From assembly GCF_009914755.1 (NCBI RefSeq), contig NC_060932.1: a DNA stretch of 64,000 nucleotides. The stretch is one strand, 5' to 3'. The notes beneath the pieces were generated by a model that saw only the letters and a program-made list of their open reading frames with translations, did no database searches and was not told the origin of the DNA. Shown one piece after another: positions 52,529 to 64,000 of the stretch. The position numbers were made by a program, and so were the translations under genes. Source of the DNA: the human T2T-CHM13v2.0 reference genome, Homo sapiens. The first letter of the stretch is position 1; each line of letters starts with the position of its first letter.

Positions 52529-53882
52529 CACATTTTCTTTATCTAGTCATCCGCTGATGGACATTTAGGTTGGTTGCATATCTTTGCTATTCTGAATAGT
52601 GCTCCAATAAACATACAAGCACTTGTTCTTTTTAATGTAATGATATCTTTTCTTTTGAGTAGATACCCAGCAGTGAGATTGCTGCATCAATGGTAGTTCC
52701 AGTTTTCATTATTTGAGAAATCTCCATACTGTTTTCCACAGTAGTTGTACTAATTTGTATTCCCACCAATAGTGTATAAGCATTGCCTTTTGTCTGCAAC
52801 CTCACCAATATCTATTGACTTCTTGTTTTTCCACTTTTGAATAATAGCCATTCTGAGTGGTGTAAGATGAAGTCTCATTGTGGTTTTAATTTGCATTTTT
52901 CTGATGATTGGTGTTAATGATTAGTGATGTTGAGGATTTTTTTCATATGCTTGCTGGCTATTTGTATGTATTTTTTTTGAAAAATATGTATTCATGTTCT
53001 TTGCCCACTTTTTAATGGGGTTGTTTGTGTGTGTGTGTGTGTGTCTTTTTTTTTTTTTTTTTGAGTTGTTTGAGTTTCTTGTAAATTCTGCATATTAGTC
53101 CTCTGTCGAAGGCATAGTTTGCATATACTTTCTCCCATTCTGCAGGTTGTCGGTTCATTCCTGTTGAGTATTTCTTTTGCTGTGCAAAGCTTTTTAGTTT
53201 AAGTAAGTCTCATTTGTCTACTTTTGTTTTTGTTGCCTGTGCTTTTGAGGTCTTAGTCATGAATTCTTTGCCTAGACCAATGTCCAGAAGTGTTTTCCCT
53301 AGATTTTCTTCTAGTATTTTTATGCTTTCATGTCATACATTTAAGTCTTTAATTCATCTTGAGTTGATTTTTGTATATGGTAAGAGATATGGAGTCCAGT
53401 TTCATTCTTCCGCATATGGCAACCAGTTTTTGTAGCACCATTTATTGAAAAGGGTATCCTTTTCCCAGTGTATGTTTTTGTTGACTTTGTCAAAGATCAG
53501 TTGGCCGTAGATTTATAGCTTTATTCCTGGGTTCTCTATTCTGTCCCATTGATCTGTGTATCTATTTTTATGCCAGTACCATGCTGTTTTGGTGACTATA
53601 TCCTTGCAGAATAATTTGAAGTCAAGTAATATGATGCCTCTAGCTTTGCTCCTTCTGGACAAGATTGCTTTGGTATTTGTGCTCTCTTTTGGTTCCATAT
53701 GAATTTTGGGGTTGTTAGACATAATTTCTAAGATATATTCAGGTTTCACTTTTGTTCTTTAATTTTATGTATTTTCTTCCCAATAAGGCTATAAGCTTAA
53801 GTCAAAAATTGTTTTGCTTATAGCTGAAGAGTCCCTGCTTTCAGCCTGCCTTGTGATTTTCATCTTGTTGCAGTTGAATTAG

Positions 53883-54581
<699 letters not shown>

Positions 54582-55770
54582 TAAATTTTAAAAATTACAA
54601 GGTTAAAATACAATGAAATACTCAAGGAATTGCGTGAACCATCTCTTTTGTACAGACTGAGATGACTCTCCTGGTGACCCTGAACTCGTAGGGGCAGCAG
54701 GTGGAAATGTACATTCACTACTTGGTGGAAAGAAGTCTGAATTGGGGAAGTATTTATACATATGTGAAATTCCATTGTACTAGGGTGTCCTGTATTTTAT
54801 CTGGTAACCCTGGGGGCAGTCCTATGAGCTGCGGGGCACCTGCCCTGGAGACTGAGGCAGGGAGTCAAAGCGACATGAGATTGGGGATAGGTTTTGCATG
54901 TCCGTGGAAAGGGCTTGCTGATGAATTTGATTTGAAGATTGAGAAACAGAGGAATCAAGGGCGACTTCTTGGTTTTAAACTTCAGCACCTGGTGCCCTTT
55001 ACTGAGATGGAGAAGATGGGAGGGGAGTGGGTTTCAAGTGTGTTGTGATATGGACAGGTCTTATTGATGGGGTGTGGTGGGCGTCCAAATGGAGATGTGG
55101 AAGTTTGATTCTGAGTGAGCTCAATATCGTCGTGGTGTGTTCTACCACGTCCCTTCTAGCCCTTTCCGCGCTTTCTCCCATCTAGTGTTTCCCTGCTCAA
55201 ATGGAAGGAGAGAGGAACAACTTAGAGCACAGTGTGACTGGGGCAAGCTACCTTAGAGATAATCATTTAAACACCAGCTAGACTGCTGCAAGAAAAGAAA
55301 TGATGGTAAAAATAAATGTACTCCAAAGGAATTTGACTAAAGAATATTTCACCGTGTAACACATTTCTGTGTGCCCCTTTTGCAATGTATCATTAAGGAT
55401 GCATTGCTAGGCATAATGAAACAAAATGTTTTTCGTAATGAAGTGGTTATTTTGCAATGAAAGCCAGTCAAGGAAAGAAATCAGGCTTGAATACTCCTAG
55501 TCACAACCTTTATAAAATCTAACGTTATGGTTAGACTATACCATGCCTGCGCTTAAGTAGTTTTTGAAATTTTAACCCAAATAAGAAATTCTTGGCTGGG
55601 CATGGTGGCTTATGCCTGTAATCCCGCACTTTGGGAGGTCGAGGCAAGCGGATCACCTGAGGTCCAGGAGTTCGAGACCAGCCTGGCCAACGTGGCGAAA
55701 CCCCGTAGCTACTAAAAATACAAAAAATTAACTGGGCATCGTGGCACATGCCTGTAATCCCAGCTACTCA

Positions 55771-55962
<192 letters not shown>

Positions 55963-56744
55963 TTATATTTCCTGATTAAAAATATGTATTCTTTTAATGG
56001 ACTACAAATATTATAATTTTTCTTAAAATGGCCCGTGTGTAAAAAGTTTATTCCCCTTTACTTTACTTTTATATAGTAATGAAATTTCATAATTAAATCT
56101 ATATTTTGTATTATCAATATTTAACCACTAGAAGAATTGATGATGCTACTTATTAAAAATGACAAGTGATGTAATAGAGTTAGTGGGATGTCTGCCTGTT
56201 GAAACCATTTTACTAGGTAAGTATTTTTATTACAAAGGGGTTGGATATAAACTGGCCTCATATCCAAAAACCTTTTTGCAAAAATCAAAACTGGATATAT
56301 CCTGTGTTCGCTTCCTTTTCCCTGGGCCCCTCTGTTAAAATCTTTTAGCAAAAAGATTTTACCAAATAATTCACATTGAAATATAAATAGTTTTAAAGTT
56401 TGCTATGTTGCTTTCTTTCCAAAGGTATTCAGATTTTAGTAGGGGACAAAAGTGTCCCCTAAGTCAAGTGAGTATAAGAATTACCTATATTGTTTGCTAC
56501 AAATGCAAATATCCACAGCCTCCTTGTAAAGTCTCATTCAGGGGCTGCCTACTGCAGGGCCCAAGAATCTATATTTTTAACAAATACTCTGGTCATTCTT
56601 GGGACTAGCAAATCTAGAAAACACCAACTTGAATAAAACGATTAAAGTTGTGCTTGCTGAATTTCAACTACATTAAAGGTACCAGTGCTGGAGGAGATTT
56701 TTGAGGGGTTGAGGAGAAATAATTACACATAAATTATTTTATTA

Positions 56745-57210
56745 ATGAAATGATTCAGCAAAGTGTAAACGCCCGTAATGGGCTTGGCAGTGTCCTGGGG
56801 CTGAAGGTACTGAGTAGAATAGGACGTGAGACAAGTGCTCTACTTGAAATAAGCACAGACGTGGAAGAAGGGATGTGTAGTTTTGTCTGGGGATTCGGCA
56901 CAGTTTTTATGGAGGATGTGGTCTGTGAAATGGCTGATTTGAAACATGAAGGAGGCTGCTTATGGGATGGGTTATTCTGGGAAGCAAGCAAGTGCGAGGG
57001 CACCAGAAGGTATGAAGGGCCTTGGAGTACTGGGCTTTCTTATGGCTGCGAGAGAGGATGAGTTGGAATGAGATGAGCAGCTTATGAAACCAGGAAGACA
57101 GGTTATTGTGGAGGAGTGACTTGCTAAGCTCTATCAGATGAGCAATGAGCAGTGAGGAAACAGGGGAGAGATGAAATCATGGCTGCTTTTGGAAAGATAA
57201 GTGGACTAGC
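56745..57210. mobile_element. L2 fragment
   Basis: Degenerate L2 3' motifs (CAGTGTCCTGGGGCTGAAGGTAC, TTTTGGAAAGATAAGTGGACTAGC). Confidence 0.5.
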
Positions 57211-58668
57211 ATGCAGCATGGAGAATGGAGAGGTGGAGGGTTGTTGTTGGTGTGTGTGTGTGTGTGCACGTATGACAGAGAGAGAAAGAAGAGGGAATAT
57301 GAATGGCATGGGAAATAAGAGAAAGGCAGGCCAGGTCAGAGGGTTTTTAGGATGGCCTGTGAGGTGTAGGAGGGTCTGGAGGTCGGCCGTGGAGTGGAGA
57401 AGAGATTGAGGACTCAGGCACTAATCTAAGGGGAAGGGGGACACTGTATTCTAAGGGGGCCAGTCCTGCTGCTCCCTGTAAGCACTTTATGTATTTGACA
57501 TGAAATATACTGAGATGGCCCCCATACTTTAGGGTGCAAATGCTCCCCTAAAGTGAGAGTGGAAGAAGAAAAAAGGAGAAGGCACTTATTTGCTCATGTG
57601 AGCCGTGTACAGTTCCTTCAGAGCTCAGAGAGGCACTATGCAGTGAATCAAGCCAGGTCAGCTGCTGGGACTAGGGGCCTGGGTAGGTCACAGCCCTGCC
57701 GGCCATCCACATGCCTTCCAGGAACACCCCAATCTCTGGAACCTTTCCTGAGGCCTCCATTTTCAGGAATTTTGTTAGGAATCCAGATAACAGAATGGCC
57801 ATAGTGGTGATTATGTTCCTTCTACCTCCTTTTCATCAGCCTCGCTCACCTTACCCTTCCAGACATGAGAAAACAGTTTCACTACAATATCCAGTAGATT
57901 TACCTAATTGGTAAAATAAGAAAGGCCAAGGAAGTTGCTCTTCTCTTCACTCCCACCCCTCCTGTTCATTTTGTTTGTAACAATAGAGCCAAGTTTCAAA
58001 CAAATGTAGAAAAGGTGAGCAATGCTAATGATGTGTTTCAGATGGGATTCAGGGACAACTCAACTTGAAATTGTCTCTTAGCCATCTGTTTGTGTGCCTG
58101 GGGTTTCACCTGCTTTGAATTAGGGTAATTTAATAATTGTGAATTAGACTGGGAGAGTACAAATGGTTTTGTTAATTAGATTAAAACGTTACATTTTATA
58201 ATACTTACTGTATTAACCATGGGCTGATGACGCTGCTTGTACCCTGTGTTAAAGCCTTATCTATTATCTGCTCTTTCTTTTGAAAATCTCTTTTATTTCA
58301 GTTTCCATCGCTGTGTTGCAGCTGTCCAACCTCTCTGGCATTCTAGAATGGATGCTGCCTGCCTTCCATATTCCAACGCATAAGGTTCTTTGCCTGATGT
58401 CTTGTGAACATACACACCGCAATTCCAGATACCATTAAGCCTCTGCTATCCAGGTTTATTTATATTAACTATAGTTTGTTTAAATATATTTTATTAAACT
58501 CTTTAAAAAAATACTTCTGTGAAACCAGAACCAAACAAAGAAGTATTTGAGGTCCTGGATCTTTAAATTTTGTGATCTTGGGCCTGGCTCATGCCTGTAA
58601 TCCCAACACTTTCGGAAGCCAAGGCAGGCGGATCACCTGAGGTCAGGAGTTTGAGACCAGCCTGGTCA

Positions 58669-59110
<442 letters not shown>

Positions 59111-59953
59111 TTAATACCTCTAAACTCACAATTAATGGCATCTTAATATTTTAAAGGGTAGCCATTGTTTTAAAAGCATATAAAATAATGGTATAAAAAT
59201 TAGAGCTATCTTAAGTTCAGTAAATATAGAACTTTGAGTAAGTCAATTTGATAATTCCCCTTTATGGTAAATTATCTCATGATAGTTTCATGTTTAACTA
59301 AATCTTCAGAAAAAATTTTTATTGAGATGATCATTGGCTAAAAAAAATGGTGGTATTTGATTGGTTTTAAAGAGACACTTATTTTGTTTTTTGAGGGGAA
59401 AGTGAATATTGAGAAAAAATAGTGACTGTGTTCAATGTTACGCTTTTAACATCAGTAAACTGCAACTGACAAGGCTGTTTCCTATTACCTACTGTTAAAT
59501 GGCCCTGTTTTCTAACTTAAAAATGGTGCTTCTAAGGCTAAACCTTCAATTTCTTCTGGACTTTGTCAGGTTACTTTGGGTGATTTTGAAAGATTTCCAT
59601 ACATAATACTGCTCTGGAAGGGTGCGTGCGAATATGGTTCACAAAAGCAGTGAAGACATGTATCTACACCGAGGACAGCATGTGAGCTACACTGCAACAA
59701 CTGTTTTAGATGGCCAGCCTGTGTTTGACGATGATCCCTGAGTGCCAGATGTGAAGGAAAATATAAATCCCTCACCATGTCCTGAATTCCACAATGCCTC
59801 TCCCTCCTCCCCTGGGAGTGGAGCCAGGCTGACCTCTCTCTGGCTCCATACTGGAAATGTGTGTGGCAATGGCAGCATTGCCCTTTACCCCATGCCCAAT
59901 ACTGCAATGGCACCTTAGGCTGTGTGTGTGTCAGACAGAAAAATAAAACATCA

Positions 59954-60217
<264 letters not shown>

Positions 60218-60309
60218 TCAGGAGGCTGAGGCACAAGAATCACCTGAACCCAGGAGACGAGGCTGCAGTGAGCCAAGATCACACTATTGCACATCAGCCT
60301 GGGTGATAG

Positions 60310-60552
<243 letters not shown>

Positions 60553-61509
60553 TGAACTTTTGGACTAAACTGATCCTCCTGCCTCAGCCTCTCACAGTGC
60601 TGGGATTATAGGCATGAACCACCAAAAACTGCAGTTTAAAAGTGTTTATATCCTGGATACACTAACAGCATTTTGTCCAACTTGTGGAGTGGAGGGAGTA
60701 GGGAAGGGGAGGATAGTGCTAATGAACTGTGACAGGGGCTAGCAAGAAAGAAAGAAAAAGAGTTCCCTAAGTAAGCTCCTACTGGGTGTCCTCCACTCAC
60801 ATGGAGACAGGGCCCTGCCTTTTAGGCACTTACTCTTCCAGTGTCTATTGCATAATATGTTCAGGAAGGATCCCAGATTCAAAGATTTATAGAATTAGAG
60901 TTAAAAGGGATAGATATCTTGTTTGACCCTGAAAAAATTAAGGAATATGCTTGAGATATTCAATGGCAGAGGCTGGAATAGATTTTCCCAAATCTCCTGA
61001 TGTGAAGTTCTGTGTTTGTCAAACATGACTGTGTAAAAAGATTAATTTAAACTTAATGACATGTTGTATTCATAGAAGTTCTTTGGGTTTCTGTGGAAAC
61101 CTCCTCTTGCTAGCTTAAGCAGAAATGGGGGATTTATTGGAAGGAAGCTGAGATATTGCACCAAACTGCACAAAATTGAATGAAGAGCTGACTAAGCAAG
61201 GCTGCACTGAGAAGGAACCAGGGTGGTCTGGGCTGTGGTAGCGGCAGCAGCAGCTTGCAGATCTCCCAGCGCTGATGCTGGCTCGACTCAGACAGGTCTC
61301 CACTCTCTGCTGTCTGTCTCTGGCTCAGACAGGACACTTTGTGTGGCTGTTTCCTTCCACAAGGCCTCAGTGGGAGCAAGCCAGCCTCCCACAGGCCTCT
61401 GAGACAGACCACCCCATTCCTCCCTCTCCTGTTAACCTGCCTTTATTTCCTTAATTGCACTTATCACCATGCAGAAGCCTATGTGTTTGTTCCCCTGTGG
61501 AGATGTAAA

Positions 61510-61630
61510 AACACTGATGCCCAGGCCTAACTCCCAGAGACTCTGATTGAACTGGTCTGGGCTATGGAGCCGGGACATTTGCATTTTTCTTACAAGCTCT
61601 AATGTGCAGCCAGGATTAAGAATCATTGCC
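61510..61630. mobile_element. MER5-type fragment
   Basis: CCCAGAGACTCTGATTG...CTAATGTGCAGCCAGGATTAAGAATCA. Confidence 0.65.
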
Positions 61631-63629
61631 TTCTGCATCAACAGGACAAATACAAAATGTGCAGCAAAATATATGTTTAAGTGAATCAAGAAGACAGATC
61701 TAGAAACGATTGTTAAGGAATAATAATGCATTTTGTCCATCACCACACATAAGTGATGTTGACCAGAGCCCTCCCAGATTGAGTGGTGCCAGGTGTTCGG
61801 GGTTGTCTCGGTTAATCCTTACTATGGCCTTGCGGGGTAGGGGGCAGTGTCCTCATTGTCCAAATGAGTCACTGAGGCTGAGGGATTCAGGCTCAGTGTA
61901 TGCCCACAGTTCTTTGGCAAACCCCACCACTGGGCCAGCCAACTACACGGGGATTCTGATCGGGTCCTGATGGGTGCCCATGATGGGCTGTGCAAAAGTG
62001 GTGGTGAGATTTCTCCACCTTCACGGAGGTGGTACCCAGGGGAGGTGGACTTCAGCAGCGAGAATGGGCTGGGTGCAGTGGCTCACAGCTGTAATCCCAG
62101 TGCTTTGGGAGTTCGAGGCAGGAGAATTGCATGAGCTCAGTTGTTCGAGACCATGGGAGACCCTGTCTCTACAAAAAAAAAAAAAAAAAAAAAAAAGTGA
62201 TAGTAGTCAGACATTCCCGACAGGCAGGACTGTTGAATGTTGGTCTGTGTTACCAGGAGATAACACATTTTAAGCAGAAATAATAGGGGAGAAAGAGGAT
62301 CTCAATTATTTCAAGAAAAGCAGGACTTGCTGGGCTTTCAGGGCTAATTAAAGGAAATAGGAAAAGTGAACATGTGTGAGAATCTAAACCTAACAGTTGT
62401 TTATTGAAAAGAAGAGAAAGAGTGGAGAGGGAAATGAAGTTTTGATTTTTGCCTTTTTAGGAAATTGGGATATAATTTAGTGTTCGTACTTTAAGTTAGT
62501 GTAGAGTTTGAGTGAGAAGAATGAGGAACATAAATATGAATGCTCTGTTAATATAGTGCTTTTCATAGAAATAATGGAATAGAATACGCTTCACTGCCGG
62601 GTCTGGAAACCCTCCCTCTGTCAGGGTGATTTAGAAATTGACTGATTTTACCATGGAGGGATGGGATGGGCCACAGGCTGGGGTTTGAAGAAAGAATCTA
62701 TAATCCTTTTGGTCTTAACTATTAGGCAAATTTAGCTTCCTGGTCTCAGAAAGAAAAAACACACCCACAAAAAGAAAAACCCATGCCCGTGGGAACAAGT
62801 AACTTCCTCCTCCTGGGGCTGCTTGAAAACCCTAATCTTCCTCTCACCAGGCCAAGTCCCTTCCCTTCTCAGCGGGAGGCCAGCTGGGGCATCCAAAAAG
62901 CCACAACGGGCCCTGGGGAGGGAGAATGCACCCGTCTGGGTGAGCAGTTGAACGTGCATTGGCTGAGGTGTGAGGCTCGGGAAATGGCTCTCCAGGCAAA
63001 GACGCTGCTTGGAGGCAACTTTATAATTCTTTGTACCTGGGAAAGTGAAGGGTTGGGCGGGGGGAGTGGGGGTGGGAGCTTTGTCACGTGACCCCACTCT
63101 TTGCTTCTTTGTCTGTCCTCCAACTTAACATGGCTTGAGGCTGAAAAACAGAATTCCTCATTTTTTACTCAGTGACAAAATCAGAGAAAAAAGTCAATGC
63201 CAATTGAAAAAGACATCTGCAAACATAGAACTGTTTTTTCTGCCAAATATGTGAGCATGGGCTGTAAATATAGTAAAATAATTCAGCAGATTAATTGTGG
63301 GAAGGCCAGTGTGAGTTGGGGAAGAATCTGAAACCTGGACCACTAGAATTCCAGTAAAGTGAAGAGAGGGATAGAATTGAGGTAGAGCTGGGGGACTTGG
63401 GGACGCATCAGACATTATCTGGAGTGCTGTGAAAATTACACCGCTTTCTTTGTTAGCAGGATTCCCATTCATAAAGCCTCTTTAGCAATTTTTGTTTAAC
63501 AATTTTGTTTGTGCAGAATGTCACAGCAACATTTCTTAAGTGTGATCATGTCACTATAACCTGGCTTTCCTTGTTTTGGAGGACGGGGGCGGATAATGGG
63601 AAGTAACGCATTGTTTACTTGCTCTGAGA

Positions 63630-63810
63630 GAGCATTTAACATATGCTATTTCATTTAATCCTCATGGTGACCCCTGATGGAGGACTGTTATCTACCCTTC
63701 ACAGATGAGGAAAATGAAGTTTAATGAAGTAACTTGCTTATGTTTATATGTCTGTTAATAAATGGAAGAACAAGGATAGACCCAATTTCCCCTCATTCCA
63801 AAGTCCTTTG
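63630..63810 (-). mobile_element. MIR
   Basis: TCATTTAATCCTCA...CACAGATGAGGAAAATGAAG...AAGTAACTTGC. Confidence 0.7.
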
Positions 63811-64000
63811 CTGCTTTACTTCAGGAAATTTTTTTTTTGAGACAGTATCTCACTCTGTTGCCCAGGCTGGAGGGCAGTGGCATAAATCTTGGCTCACTGC
63901 AAGCTCCGCCCCTCCCCCCCTTGCCCTTCCCCACCACCCCCCCACCGGGTTCCAGCAATTCTCCTGCCTCAGCCTCAGCGGGATTATAGGCATGTGCTAC

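Larger units (their letters stand above)
51640..53715 (-). mobile_element. L1 (L1PB/L1MA-like) 3' portion, interrupted by a (TA)n(CA)n tract and the 28S retrocopy
   Basis: L1 3'UTR motifs (TTTAGCTCCCACTTATAAGTGAGAACATG). ORF2 C-terminal remnant on minus strand ([21 protein letters not shown]). Confidence 0.9.

Noticed and set aside
53513-53749. ORF with RT/ORF2-like peptide ([10 protein letters not shown])
   Set aside because: Degenerate L1 ORF2 remnant, truncated and not functional.
59569-59830. Possible cryptic exon after CTTTGTCAG with protein-like translation
   Set aside because: Stops in the frames inspected, no recognisable homology and no clear donor.

Overview
Human (primate) genomic DNA, very Alu-dense, with no credible protein-coding exon. 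A CpG island at about 22.75-23.8 kb holds a TATA-less octamer/ETS/GC-box promoter and an ATG-free first exon (about 22879-23155, donor GG|GTGAGT). From memory of the mRNA, I recognise this as exon 1 of the Src-family kinase gene LYN. Positions 1-22.8 kb are upstream flank and 23156-64000 are LYN intron 1; the coding exons lie beyond the window. The rest is mostly Alu, L1, L2, MIR, MaLR/MLT2 LTR and MER DNA-transposon relics. Two retroposed RNAs stand out. (1) A chimeric insert, Alu + H/ACA snoRNA SNORA1 + 3' intron-like tail + poly(A), sits inside one 17-bp TSD. Its Alu has a consensus Pol III B box and a near-consensus A box, and the first TTTT terminator falls exactly at the snoRNA ACA 3' end. 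(2) A TSD-flanked retrocopy of the 28S rRNA 3' end (SINE28-like) appears to carry a shorter expansion segment. Repeat subfamily names and boundaries are by eye and approximate.
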